Positions 6,768-16,485 of a stretch of DNA of 32,000 nt are shown here, one piece after another. The translations under genes were made by a program, and so were the position numbers. The first letter of the stretch is position 1; every line of letters begins with the position of its first letter. The stretch comes from Geobacter sulfurreducens PCA (lineage in GTDB: Bacteria; Desulfobacterota; Desulfuromonadia; Geobacterales; Geobacteraceae), in assembly GCF_000007985.2 (NCBI RefSeq), contig NC_002939.5, positions 2,520,001-2,552,000 on the forward strand, written 5' to 3'. The notes below the pieces were generated by a model. The model ran no database searches and was not told the origin of the DNA. It saw only the letters and a list, made by a program, of their open reading frames with translations.

Positions 6768-8186
6768 GTGTTTATCCAGCAATTCTTCGTATCCGGCCTG
6801 GCACACAGCTCTTATTTGCTCGGCGGAACATCAACCTGCGCGATTGTCGATCCCCGGCGCGATATTGAGATATACCTGGATGCGGCAGCGTCCATGGGAA
6901 TGAAAATCACCCACATTCTCCAGACCCATCTCCATGCCGATTTTGTTTCGGGACATCTTGACCTGGCCGAGGCTACCGGCGCCGTCATAGTGGCTCCCAG
7001 GTCCGCAGATTGTCAGTTCAGCCACCTGGACGTGGCAGAGGGGGACAGCTTCCGGATCGATGACCTGGAAATCCGGGTCCTGGAAACCCCCGGCCACACA
7101 CCCGAGCATATTACCTACGTGGTCGTGGATCATGGCCGGGGCCCGGAACCGGCCGTAATTTTCTGTGGCGACACTCTTTTCGTGGGGGATGTGGGACGCC
7201 CCGACCTTTTTCCGGGCATGGCCCTGGAGTTGGCCGCAAAACTATATGGTTCTCTCCATGAAAAGCTCATGGCGCTCCCCCCCTTCTGCGAGGTCTATCC
7301 GGCCCACGGCGCGGGTTCCCTCTGCGGCAGGGCCATGGGGGCCAAGCGAACCAGCACCGTGGGGTACGAGAAGCTTTACAACGGCGCGCTCGCCATTGGC
7401 GACCGGCAGCGGTTCATAACCTCACTCACTACGGACATGCCGGCCGCTCCGGACCATTTCTCCCGCTGCAGCGACATCAACCGCCGGGGACCGGCACTGG
7501 TTCGGACCCTCCCGGTCCCCGCCCCGCTGCCCCCGCAACGTTTCCGTGAGGCTATGGCCGAGAGCGACACCGTGGTTCTCGATGTTCGGGGATACGCCGC
7601 CTTCGGAGGGCAGCACGTGCCTGGTTCCTACCACATCGACCTGGGCGGAAACTTCGCCACCTTTGCCGGGTGGGTCCTCCCTCCCGACCGGAAAATTCTC
7701 CTCGTGGCTGAACAGGCCCATGAGGCATCGGAAGCGGCAGTTGCGCTTCACCGGGTGGGGCTCGATCAGGTTATCGGCTACCTGGAGGGGGGGATGTTCG
7801 AATGGGCCAAGGCAGGCTTTGGCACGGATCACGTCCCTCAACTTTCGGCACCCGAGCTGAACCAGCGCATCTCCTGCGGCGACGGGCTGGTGCTGGTGGA
7901 TGTGCGCTCCGTCGGTGAATTCGGGGCTGCCCACGTGGAAGGGGCGATCCACATTCCGGCTCCCCAGCTCCGTACCCGCCATACCGAGCTTGACCCCGAC
8001 CGGGACATCGCGCTGGTGTGCAGCACGGGCCACCGGTCGAGCCTGGCGGCCAGCATCCTCAAGCGCAACGGCTTCAGCCGGGTCTGGAACGTGGCCGGCG
8101 GCATGACCGGCTTCAATGCCGCAGGGTTCGCACCGGAATGCCCCCTCTGCGTGGTGCCCCACGGTCCGCGCTTCATGGGACGGTGA
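6768..8186 (+). CDS. MBL-fold (persulfide-dioxygenase/glyoxalase-II-like) protein fused to two rhodanese domains
   Basis: MBL motif THLHADFVSGH (H-x-H-x-D-F variant) and ETPGHTPEH. The first C-terminal rhodanese-like domain has no catalytic Cys. The second has an active-site loop, CSTGHRSS. GTG start with a strong SD. Confidence 0.85.
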   Translation: MFIQQFFVSGLAHSSYLLGGTSTCAIVDPRRDIEIYLDAAASMGMKITHILQTHLHADFVSGHLDLAEATGAVIVAPRSADCQFSHLDVAEGDSFRIDDLEIRVLETPGHTPEHITYVVVDHGRGPEPAVIFCGDTLFVGDVGRPDLFPGMALELAAKLYGSLHEKLMALPPFCEVYPAHGAGSLCGRAMGAKRTSTVGYEKLYNGALAIGDRQRFITSLTTDMPAAPDHFSRCSDINRRGPALVRTLPVPAPLPPQRFREAMAESDTVVLDVRGYAAFGGQHVPGSYHIDLGGNFATFAGWVLPPDRKILLVAEQAHEASEAAVALHRVGLDQVIGYLEGGMFEWAKAGFGTDHVPQLSAPELNQRISCGDGLVLVDVRSVGEFGAAHVEGAIHIPAPQLRTRHTELDPDRDIALVCSTGHRSSLAASILKRNGFSRVWNVAGGMTGFNAAGFAPECPLCVVPHGPRFMGR

Positions 8187-8200
8187 CGGGGGTAAAAACC

Positions 8201-8722
8201 ATGATCTCATTTCTGACCATGACCGAATGGTCCCCCTATGCTGTGGGGATCGGCATCGGCCTCCTCTCCTGCTTCGCCTTCGTCCTGTCGGACAAGCCCA
8301 TCGGCTGTTCCACCGCCTTTGCCCGGACCAGCGGCATGCTGGAGCAACTGGTCCGGGGGCAGAAGGTGCGCGAGATGCCCTACTATCGACAGTTCGTCCC
8401 GGAAATCGACTGGGAGTGGATGCTGGTGGCAGGGATCGTTCTGGGAGCCTTCACCTCTTCGTGGCTGTCAGGGGAGTTCCGCCTCCAGTGGGTACCGTCC
8501 CTCTGGGCCGCCACCTTCGGACCAGAACATCTACCCCGCCTGGTTACCGCCTTTGCCGGCGGCATCATCATGGGATTCGGCGCACGCTGGGCCGGTGGTT
8601 GCACCAGCGGCCACGGCATCAGCGGCACCCTGCAACTGGCGGTGAGCGGCTGGCTGGCAGTGGCGGCCTTTTTCGCCTCCGGAGCCGCAACCGCCTTCGT
8701 CAAGTACGCTCTGGGAGGTTAG
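8201..8722 (+). CDS. YeeE/YedE-family sulfur-compound (thiosulfate-type) transporter, half-size subunit 1
   Basis: Polytopic membrane ORF with the IGCSTAF and GGCTSGHGISG conserved-Cys motifs. The ATG lies 14 nt after the upstream stop. Confidence 0.85.
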   Translation: MISFLTMTEWSPYAVGIGIGLLSCFAFVLSDKPIGCSTAFARTSGMLEQLVRGQKVREMPYYRQFVPEIDWEWMLVAGIVLGAFTSSWLSGEFRLQWVPSLWAATFGPEHLPRLVTAFAGGIIMGFGARWAGGCTSGHGISGTLQLAVSGWLAVAAFFASGAATAFVKYALGG

Positions 8723-8725
8723 GCC

Positions 8726-9283
8726 ATGTTTTCCGCCCTTCACGCCAACAAACCGGCCCAGCTTATCTTGGGACTCGTAATCGGCTTTTTGTTCGGATTC
8801 CTTCTTCAGAAGGGCAATGTCACCGAGTACGATGTGATTGTGGGGCAGCTGCTGTTCCGAAACTTCACCGTCATCAAGATCATGGTGACCGCCATGTTGA
8901 CGGGGATGATCGGCGTTCACCTGCTCCGCAGCCTCGGCTTTGCCCAGCTCCACCCCAAGCCCGGCTCACTGGGGATGACGCTGGTGGGAGGTCTCATCTT
9001 CGGCGTCGGCTTCGCCGTCCTGGGCTACTGCCCCGGCACCATCGCCGCGGCTGTGGCACAGGGAAAGATGGACGCCTTCGTGGGCGGGATGTCGGGGATC
9101 ATCATCGGTGCAGGACTCTACGCTCACTCCTTTCCCTACCTGTCCAGAACCATTCTTCCCAAGGGCGATTTCGGCACCCTCACCTTCCCGGAACTGTTGC
9201 GGGTGACCCCTTGGGTGGTTATCCTGCCCCTGTCGGCGTTGCTGATCGGTTTACTGGTCTGGCTGGAGCGGGCCGGTCTGTGA
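8726..9283 (+). CDS. YeeE/YedE-family sulfur-compound transporter, half-size subunit 2
   Basis: Polytopic membrane ORF with the LGYCPGT motif. It starts 3 nt after the upstream stop. Confidence 0.85.
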   Translation: MFSALHANKPAQLILGLVIGFLFGFLLQKGNVTEYDVIVGQLLFRNFTVIKIMVTAMLTGMIGVHLLRSLGFAQLHPKPGSLGMTLVGGLIFGVGFAVLGYCPGTIAAAVAQGKMDAFVGGMSGIIIGAGLYAHSFPYLSRTILPKGDFGTLTFPELLRVTPWVVILPLSALLIGLLVWLERAGL

Positions 9284-9287
9284 CTCC

Positions 9288-11060
9288 ATGAGGTTGACGC
9301 CCTCCTCTTTGCTGCCCGAATGGCTCCGCTCCTATCGTCCGGCCGATCTACTCCCGGATCTGGCGGCAGGCGCAGTGGTTGCGGTGATACTGGCCCCCCA
9401 GGGAATGGCCTATGCGCTGCTTGCAGGGCTTCCCCCCATCATGGGGCTTTATGCTGCTACGGTGCCGCTGCTGGCCTATGCCCTGGCCGGGTCGTCGCGC
9501 CACCTGTCCGTGGGACCCGTTGCCATCGTATCGCTGCTTGTGCACGTAGCCTGCAGCAAGGTTGCCCACGCGGGTTCAGCGAGCTATGTGTCCGCAGCCC
9601 TGCAACTTGCCCTACTGACAGGTGTGCTGCAACTGCTTTTGGGAACCGTCCGGGCCGGTTTCATGGTCAACTTCCTCTCCCGGGCCGCCATCGGAGGGTT
9701 CACCTCGGCGGCGGCGCTTCTCATCAGCCTGAGCCAGTTTAAGAACCTGCTTGGAATATCCGGCGACGGCGGCGAGTCCGCTCTGGAGCTGGCCGCCGGC
9801 GTGGTCCGGAACATTGGGACGCTCCACCTCCTGACCAGCGTAATGGGGCTGGCGGCCATCTGCATGCTGCTTCTCCTGCAACGGTTCGCGCCCCGCTTTC
9901 CCGCTCCGCTGGCGGCAATCGTCCTCGGCATTCCGCTGACGGCCCTTTTGCACCTGGATCAGGCAGGGGTCAGGACTGTCGGTGATCTTCCCCATGGGCT
10001 TCCCCCCCTTTCCCTGCCGCCATTCGCCGCGGATCAAATACTTACGCTCCTGCCGGCCGCCGTGACCATCGCCCTGATCGGCTATCTGGAATCATTTGCC
10101 GTTGCCGGTCTCATTGCCGACCGGGAAAAATACCCGATCTACCCGAACCGTGAACTGGTCGGACTCGGCATTGCCAATGTGGCTGCGGCATTTTTTTCAG
10201 GCTATCCGGTCACCGGCGGCTTTTCCCGCACCGCGGTCAACCATCGGGCCGGTGCCAGAACAGGCCTGGCCGGCATGATTACGGCAACTCTCATCGGCAT
10301 CATACTGCTTCACTTCACTCACCTCTTCCACTACCTTCCAAAAACGATCCTGGCTGCAATCGTCATTGTGGCCGTTGCCGGCCTGGTGGAGGCAGCCGAA
10401 GCCCGCTACCTTTTTCGGGTGAAGCCCAGCGACGGCTACACGTTTGTTCTGACGTTCCTGGTTACGCTCGGTTTCGGCGTGGAGGCAGGCATCGTAGCGG
10501 GCGTCATCTTCTCGCTGCTGGTTTTCATATGGCGGAGTGCCCATCCCCACATCGCCGAACTGGGGTGGCTTGAAGAGGAAGGGGTCTTCCGTAACATCCG
10601 CCGCTACCCTCATGCCGTTGTGCCTCGCGGCATGCTGCTCGTGCGGGTCGACGCTTCCCTCTACTTCGCCAACATGGCGTTTGTAGGGGACTGGCTGCGG
10701 GCTACCCTAGCAGAGCGGGCGGATGTGCGCCAAATCATATTCGATCTCTCGGGGGTCAACGATATGGATGCGGTAGCGTTGGCGGCACTGGAGGTGATCA
10801 TCGAAGGCCACGGGGAAAGGGGAATTGTCGTGGCATTCGCCGGCATGAAGGGGCCGGTCCGGGATCTGGCCCAACGGGCCGGCTGGCAGGAACGATATGG
10901 GAACCTGATCAGCTTTCTTTCACTGAACCAAGCGGTCCGACAGATGTCGACGGAAGATATGATCCTGGCTGGACTCCACAGCAAGGAGAGAGAGTCGGAG
11001 ACATGCAGCGTGCCCGCTACGCGTCCCACCGGCTCGACCAATCATGGTGATCCCGCCTGA
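9288..11060 (+). CDS. SulP-family anion permease with a C-terminal STAS domain
   Basis: 590 aa. SulP N-terminal blocks (DLLPDLAAGAVVAVILAPQGMAYALLAGLPP, GLYA, GP.AIVSLL), the FFSGYPVTGGFSRTAVN block and a STAS-like tail (LLVRVDASLYFANM...DLSGVNDMD). Confidence 0.9.
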   Translation: MRLTPSSLLPEWLRSYRPADLLPDLAAGAVVAVILAPQGMAYALLAGLPPIMGLYAATVPLLAYALAGSSRHLSVGPVAIVSLLVHVACSKVAHAGSASYVSAALQLALLTGVLQLLLGTVRAGFMVNFLSRAAIGGFTSAAALLISLSQFKNLLGISGDGGESALELAAGVVRNIGTLHLLTSVMGLAAICMLLLLQRFAPRFPAPLAAIVLGIPLTALLHLDQAGVRTVGDLPHGLPPLSLPPFAADQILTLLPAAVTIALIGYLESFAVAGLIADREKYPIYPNRELVGLGIANVAAAFFSGYPVTGGFSRTAVNHRAGARTGLAGMITATLIGIILLHFTHLFHYLPKTILAAIVIVAVAGLVEAAEARYLFRVKPSDGYTFVLTFLVTLGFGVEAGIVAGVIFSLLVFIWRSAHPHIAELGWLEEEGVFRNIRRYPHAVVPRGMLLVRVDASLYFANMAFVGDWLRATLAERADVRQIIFDLSGVNDMDAVALAALEVIIEGHGERGIVVAFAGMKGPVRDLAQRAGWQERYGNLISFLSLNQAVRQMSTEDMILAGLHSKERESETCSVPATRPTGSTNHGDPA

Positions 11061-11947
11061 ACCACGCGGTCCCGTCCTGACCTTTTAGCCCGATACAAGG
11101 CATCATCGGCGGCAGCCAGCAGTTCGTCCAGACCGGCGGTGCCGTCGCACGCGGCAACACCGATGCTTACGGTAACTGACACCGGCTTAGCCCTGGAGGT
11201 GAATTTTGTCGAAGCTATGGCCGCCCGGAGCCGCTCATAGAGATGATTGCAATCATCTCCCGTGCCCGGAGCTACCACGAGGAATTCTTCTCCGCCCAGC
11301 CGACCCAGCAGGTCATAGTCCCTGAGCAGCCCCCCCAGCACTCCGACGCAGCCGCACAGCACCTCGTCTCCGGTCTGATGACCGTAACGGTCGTTTACCC
11401 GCTTGAAGTGATCGATATCCAGGATGCCGATGCTCAAACTTCCCCCATCCCGCTTGACCCGGGACAGCTCTTTTTCCAGGTGGTCAATAATCGCGCGCCG
11501 GTTCATGACGCCGGTCAATGGATCGTGGGTGGCCTGGTGATTCAGGGCCTCCTGGGTCTCCTGCAGTCTCGAATGCAGCTCGACGGTGCGGCGGCCCACC
11601 TGGATCCGGGCGCGCAGTTCTCCGAGACTGAACGGTTTGCCCACGTAATCGTCGGCGCCGGCATCGAGCCCGCGGATTACGTCGTCAGTACCGTTTTTGG
11701 CCGTGAGCAGGAGAATGTAGGGCAGATGTTCAGCTGACCGGGCACGGACCTGCCGGATCACCTCCACCCCGTCCATGACGGGCATAACCCAATCCAGTAC
11801 GGCCAGCTTGGGGGCATCGCTTTTTTGCAGTTCTTCCCAGGCCTGCGCTCCATCAATCGCCTCCACCACGTCGTAGCCCCACCGTTTCATCAGTCCGGTC
11901 AGCATAGTGCGCGAGGTTACATCATCATCGGCGATGAGAATTCGCAT
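11042..11947 (-). CDS. Response regulator with REC and GGDEF (diguanylate cyclase) domains
   Basis: REC domain (RILIADDD..., LAVLDWVMPVMDG), then a GGDEF domain with an intact GGEEF motif. I prefer the ATG at 11947 because AAGGAG lies 8 nt upstream. The ORF track starts at the GTG at 11956, which overlaps the kinase stop. Confidence 0.88.
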   Translation of the reverse strand: MRILIADDDVTSRTMLTGLMKRWGYDVVEAIDGAQAWEELQKSDAPKLAVLDWVMPVMDGVEVIRQVRARSAEHLPYILLLTAKNGTDDVIRGLDAGADDYVGKPFSLGELRARIQVGRRTVELHSRLQETQEALNHQATHDPLTGVMNRRAIIDHLEKELSRVKRDGGSLSIGILDIDHFKRVNDRYGHQTGDEVLCGCVGVLGGLLRDYDLLGRLGGEEFLVVAPGTGDDCNHLYERLRAAIASTKFTSRAKPVSVTVSIGVAACDGTAGLDELLAAADDALYRAKRSGRDRVVQAGSP

Positions 11948-11952
11948 AGGCG

Positions 11953-14900
11953 TCACTCCTTGACGTAGTCTTGTCTCATGATTTCACATAATCGGCCGAA
12001 TTCGATTTCCAGCATGTTCATGCAGCAGGCGACACCGCCCATGCCTCCCGCAACCGCCGCATACTCCAAGGCTGCCGCGGCCGCCCGCAGCCGCTCTCCC
12101 CCGACACTGGCGGCCCCCCCCTTGATGGTATGGGCCCAGTGGGCAACGGTTGCCGGCTCACCGTCAGCCACTGCCGCCCTGAGCCGTTCGATCAGGTCAG
12201 GCATATCAGCCAGGAATGCCGCAACGACCTCCGTCACCAGAGATTCGTCTCCCATGAGCCGTGCCTCCAGGCCCGGACGGTCAAAGACGGGCGTTCCATC
12301 CGGCACAGCCGGCACCGCGTTCGCGCGCTCCCCGTCACCGTCGTTTGAAATCCGGCAGCGGCGAGGGAGCCACTTGACCAACATCTCGGCCAGAGCGTCA
12401 GGGAAGATCGGTTTGGCGAGATAGTCATTCATGCCCGCGTCCAGGCACTTGCGCCGGTCTCCCTTCATCGCATGGGCAGTGAGGGCAATGACGGGAATCT
12501 CGTGGTTGAGGACCGGCGACCGGACATCGCGGATGTGCCTGGTTGCCTCGAACCCGTCCATGACAGGCATCTGAACATCCATCAGAACCAGATCGTAGGG
12601 AGTCGTCGCCAGCAGGTCCAATGCCTCTGCGCCGTTGGCCGCGGCATCGCCCCGCAGGCCGAGCCGTTTTATGATCCCAAGAGCCACCTGTCGGTTGGTG
12701 GCGTTGTCTTCGACCAGCAGGATACGGACATCGTCGTGCCCCAGATCGCTCAGCAGCTGCAGCGGACCGTCACCGCCGTCCGGCTCCGGAGAGGAGTCCC
12801 GGAGGTTCTGTGTGCCGAAGGAAGCAGTAAACCAGAATTCGGAGCCCACGCCGGGCCGGCTGGTGACCCCGATCTCTCCGCCCATCATCTGCACCAGCCG
12901 TTTGCAGATGGCCAAGCCGAGACCAGTGCCGCCGTATTTACGCGTAATCGAAGCATCCGCCTGGGTGAACTTCTCAAACAGAAGCTCCGTTTTTTCGGGC
13001 GGAATGCCGATGCCGGTATCACGCACGGCAAAACGGAGCTTGACCGAGTCGCCCGTTTTAGTCAGGGAGCCGACCTCCACGGAGATTTCGCCCTGGTGAG
13101 TGAATTTGAGCGCATTCCCCGCGAGGTTGACCAGGACCTGTTTCAATCGGACCGGATCGCCCATCAGGAACCGGGGCACCTCGGGCCGGAGCAGGCAGGT
13201 GAACGTCAACCCCTTTTCATTCGCCTTGAACGCCAGAGATTCCGCCAGGTCATCAAGCAAGGTGCGCAGGTCGAAACCGATGGTTTCCATCTCCAGCCTG
13301 CCGGCCTCGATCTTGGAGAAGTCGAGAATATCGTCAATGACCTGCAACAACGATGCGGCGCTGGTCCTGACTATTTCGGCATATCTCCGCTGTTCGTCGG
13401 CGAGCCCCGTTTCCAGCAGCAGGCCGGTCATGCCGATCACGCCGTTCATGGGAGTGCGGATCTCATGGCTCATGTTGGCGAGGAATTCCGACTTTGCCCT
13501 GTTGGCGGATTCGGCCTGTTCCTTGGCGAGAAGGAGCTCTTCCTCCGCACGTTTGCGCTCGGTAACGTCGTGAACGATGGAGTGCAGATACTCCCTTCCC
13601 TTCACCTCGATCCTGCTGCTGAACACCTCAACATCTCGGACGGAGTCGTCCGCCCGGCGGTGACGGAAAAAGAAGTGGATCCGCTCCATATTTTTGGTAT
13701 TTTCCAGCTCGCTCACCAGCTCCTCGGGCGAAAGCATGTTGATGTCCCGGATATTCATGGCCCTGAGCTGCTCACGGGACCAGCCGTAAAAGCTCACCGC
13801 CGCGTTATTGGCGTCGACGATGGCGCCACTGACGGGATCAATGATCAGCTTGACGGCCGCATGGTGCTCGAACAGATTCCTGAAGAGTGCCTCACTTTGG
13901 CGCAAGGCCTCCTCAGCCCGCCTACGCTCGGTGATGTCCCGCACCGACACGACCCTGACGGACTTGTCCCCGTGCTGCAGATTGTAGCCCTCGATCTCAA
14001 CATCAAAGACCGTTCCGTCCTTTTTCACCCCACGCACCTGGTAGGGCTCAGAATGTGCCCTGCTCATCTTATCGATCATGGAACCGATATCATCAGGATG
14101 GAACAGCAGGGATATCACGTTGATTCCCTCCAACTCCTCCCGCGGGTAGCCGAACAGTTTTGCAAACCTGGCGTTCATATCCTGAACAATGCCCCTGTCG
14201 TGGATAACGATCCCTTCCAGAGCTACCTCCGACAGGAGCCGGTTACGCTCTTCGCTTTCGGCAAGCCGTGCCTGCTGCAAGAGAAGAGAGCGGTCGTCGC
14301 GGGTGATCCGGCGCGCCGCCAGGATGATGCCCCCGAGCCCTGCCGCCCAGAACGTCAGATGACCTGCGCCTGTGGCGGCCATCTTGTTCCGGGCAAGGGC
14401 CGAATAGGGCGCAAGGGGAACTGAAACACTGATGCCGCCGCGAACGTCGCCCACTGAATAGCTCGGGCCGGGATGGCACCTGAGGCAGGACTGCTCCACC
14501 ATCAGCGGCCTCATCAGGCGAAGATGGGGGACACCGTCCATGAGTTCAACCGAGGAGTATTCCTGCTGTCCCCGCTCGAAGGATTCCAATGCCCGGGTTT
14601 CCCAGTTGTCAGGCGCATTGGCCTGCCGAATGGGTCTGAGGCTCGTGATGTGGCCCCGGATGCCCGAGCTTTCGAAATTGAGCTCGTGGACCTGTCGTGT
14701 CATGTAGGCGGGATTGATGAGGGTGAGCCGTTTCCCCGTGGTGGTTTCCACATCCCGGTCCTTCAGGCCGGCAAGCCACGGGTTGGGCTGGGCACGCTCC
14801 GTGACGGGCACATATACTCCGCCGTGACCGGCATTCCAGCGCCGGTACACGATATCCTTCTCGAACTGGGCCCTGGCGTCCACCTTCGCCGCCTCGTGCA

Positions 14901-15030
14901 TCGCATCCCGCTCCTGAATAAAACTCCAGGCCATCGAAAAGCCCACGGCAAGGGTCCACGCGACACCCGTAACCACTGCATAGCGTTTTGGCTTTGAAGA
15001 CTGTCTCAACTCAGTACCTGCACCGTTCAC
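11953..15030 (-). CDS. Hybrid sensor histidine kinase: Tll0287/DUF3365-like CXXCH haem-c sensor, TM, 2 PAS, HisKA, HATPase, REC, HPt
   Basis: N-terminal TM helix, then a periplasmic domain with CLRCH (nt 14473-14487). A second TM follows, then two PAS-like repeats, the H-box [18 protein letters not shown]-boxes, REC (ILLVEDN...[11 protein letters not shown]) and HPt ([12 protein letters not shown]). GTG start with a GGAGA SD. Confidence 0.9.
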   Translation of the reverse strand: MNGAGTELRQSSKPKRYAVVTGVAWTLAVGFSMAWSFIQERDAMHEAAKVDARAQFEKDIVYRRWNAGHGGVYVPVTERAQPNPWLAGLKDRDVETTTGKRLTLINPAYMTRQVHELNFESSGIRGHITSLRPIRQANAPDNWETRALESFERGQQEYSSVELMDGVPHLRLMRPLMVEQSCLRCHPGPSYSVGDVRGGISVSVPLAPYSALARNKMAATGAGHLTFWAAGLGGIILAARRITRDDRSLLLQQARLAESEERNRLLSEVALEGIVIHDRGIVQDMNARFAKLFGYPREELEGINVISLLFHPDDIGSMIDKMSRAHSEPYQVRGVKKDGTVFDVEIEGYNLQHGDKSVRVVSVRDITERRRAEEALRQSEALFRNLFEHHAAVKLIIDPVSGAIVDANNAAVSFYGWSREQLRAMNIRDINMLSPEELVSELENTKNMERIHFFFRHRRADDSVRDVEVFSSRIEVKGREYLHSIVHDVTERKRAEEELLLAKEQAESANRAKSEFLANMSHEIRTPMNGVIGMTGLLLETGLADEQRRYAEIVRTSAASLLQVIDDILDFSKIEAGRLEMETIGFDLRTLLDDLAESLAFKANEKGLTFTCLLRPEVPRFLMGDPVRLKQVLVNLAGNALKFTHQGEISVEVGSLTKTGDSVKLRFAVRDTGIGIPPEKTELLFEKFTQADASITRKYGGTGLGLAICKRLVQMMGGEIGVTSRPGVGSEFWFTASFGTQNLRDSSPEPDGGDGPLQLLSDLGHDDVRILLVEDNATNRQVALGIIKRLGLRGDAAANGAEALDLLATTPYDLVLMDVQMPVMDGFEATRHIRDVRSPVLNHEIPVIALTAHAMKGDRRKCLDAGMNDYLAKPIFPDALAEMLVKWLPRRCRISNDGDGERANAVPAVPDGTPVFDRPGLEARLMGDESLVTEVVAAFLADMPDLIERLRAAVADGEPATVAHWAHTIKGGAASVGGERLRAAAAALEYAAVAGGMGGVACCMNMLEIEFGRLCEIMRQDYVKE

Positions 15031-15099
15031 AACTTATCTCCGCTAAGCTGTTTGCCGCCGCGCCCGCCAACGGCAACAGAAAATGACTCACTCCAACGG

Positions 15100-15549
15100 T
15101 TACAGCCGCTCAGGCTCAGATGACGTATCCCCTTCCCTCTCCGAACCGCCCGACCTTCGCCGTATCAGGTAATAGCCGATGCTCAGCGCCAGAATTATTG
15201 CCGCTATCCCCAAAAGGACCTGGCCCGAAAGGTCCTTCACATCGAGAATGATGACCTTTCGGGCAATTGCAATGATTGCAACCGCCATCACGATCCTTGC
15301 GTGGTCGGTTGATTGGGCCAGATAGGTTTTCGCGATGGTTTCCAGCAACTCAATTCCGATCAGAACCAGCATGAACAGACCGAAAATCTCCAGCAATTCA
15401 TCAATTTCCAGGAGAAGAAACGGCGGCGAAACGATATCCTTCACGATGATCCAGGCCAGCTCAAGCGTTGCAAGAAACAGAACCAGTGCCATCATGACTA
15501 CCAGTGAGAAAATAATCATTTTTTCAAATTTTTTGATCTGCGTGATCAT
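15100..15549 (-). CDS. PsiE-family (phosphate-starvation-inducible E-like) membrane protein
   Basis: 149 aa with four hydrophobic helices. PsiE-like blocks LLEIFGLFMLVLIGIELLETI and VAIIAIARKVIILD. SD GAGGGGGA. Confidence 0.6.
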   Translation of the reverse strand: MITQIKKFEKMIIFSLVVMMALVLFLATLELAWIIVKDIVSPPFLLLEIDELLEIFGLFMLVLIGIELLETIAKTYLAQSTDHARIVMAVAIIAIARKVIILDVKDLSGQVLLGIAAIILALSIGYYLIRRRSGGSEREGDTSSEPERL

Positions 15550-15594
15550 GAATCCCCCTCAGCACGGCAATTGCTCAACTCAAATCCACAATCA

Positions 15595-16470
15595 TTATGA
15601 TGGGTTGCCCATCCCGTCATTAAATATGCGAATATCGCGCCGGGGAAATGGTATTTCAATGCCGTTTTCTGTGAACGCCTTGTAAATGCCGTAATTGAGG
15701 GCGCTCGTAAGAAGTCCGCGCCGATGGATGAGAGTAGTGCTCCAGGCCCTCAACTCGAAGTTGAGTCCGCTGTCCCCGAATTCCATGAGACGCACGGCAG
15801 GTGGCGGCTTTTCCAGCACGTCGGCATTGTCGGCAGCCACCTCCAGGAGTAGCCGCTCCACCAGATGAACATCGCTGCCGTAGGCAACGCTCACGGGAAT
15901 CCGGAACCGGACCTTCCGCTCGTTGTGGCTCCAGTTCACCACATTCTCGGTGATGAACTTGGAATTGGGCACAATGATGGTGATGTTGTCGTTAGTCACC
16001 ACGGTCGTGCTCCTGCCGCCGATATGAACCACATCCCCCTCAACGGTGCCCACCACGATCCGGTCCCCCACCTTGATCGGACGCTCGAAGAGGATGATGA
16101 TGCCGCTGACGAAGTTATTGACGATGTTCTGGAGGCCGAAACCGACGCCGATGCCGACGGCGCCGGCCAGAACGTTGAGTGCGGTAAGGTCGATGCCGGC
16201 GGTCTGGAGGATGACGATGAAACCGATGGCTATGATGGTGTAGCGAATAATGGAGCCGGTGGCCTGGCGGGCGCCCAGCTCCATCCTGGTCCGGGTGAGG
16301 AACTGCTCAACGATCCAGGTCCGCAGCTTGCCCGAGAGGTAGAAGAGAAGCGCCACCAGCACCACCAGTTGAATGATGGCCCAGAGGGTCACGGGGGCGC
16401 CGCCGAGCTTCAGAATGGGAATTTCAAGGTATTGCCTGACTGTTCCAATCAGTTCCATCAAGGTTTCCAT
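15595..16470 (-). CDS. Small-conductance mechanosensitive channel (MscS family)
   Basis: Three TM helices, then the MscS signature GFGLQNIVNNFVSGIIILFERPIKVGDRI and a beta-domain. Confidence 0.9.
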   Translation of the reverse strand: METLMELIGTVRQYLEIPILKLGGAPVTLWAIIQLVVLVALLFYLSGKLRTWIVEQFLTRTRMELGARQATGSIIRYTIIAIGFIVILQTAGIDLTALNVLAGAVGIGVGFGLQNIVNNFVSGIIILFERPIKVGDRIVVGTVEGDVVHIGGRSTTVVTNDNITIIVPNSKFITENVVNWSHNERKVRFRIPVSVAYGSDVHLVERLLLEVAADNADVLEKPPPAVRLMEFGDSGLNFELRAWSTTLIHRRGLLTSALNYGIYKAFTENGIEIPFPRRDIRIFNDGMGNPS

Positions 16471-16485
16471 GGGCAGCTCTCCCCG

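Noticed and set aside
8116-9291. 391-aa plus-strand ORF in an alternative frame across the two YeeE/YedE genes
   Set aside because: The translation is Arg/Pro/Gly-rich and non-hydrophobic. The competing frames encode coherent polytopic proteins with conserved YeeE Cys motifs.
11948-11956. GTG at 11956 as the start of the REC-GGDEF gene (4-nt overlap with the kinase stop)
   Set aside because: The AAGGAG SD sits immediately adjacent to that GTG with no spacer, but 8 nt upstream of the ATG at 11947, which begins MRILIADDD. The ATG is preferred, although the GTG cannot be excluded.
12472-14424. 650-aa plus-strand ORF antisense to the histidine kinase
   Set aside because: Same reasoning. The kinase strand carries the H-box, G-boxes, and the PAS and REC motifs. 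The antisense translation is Arg/Pro/Gly-rich with no motifs.
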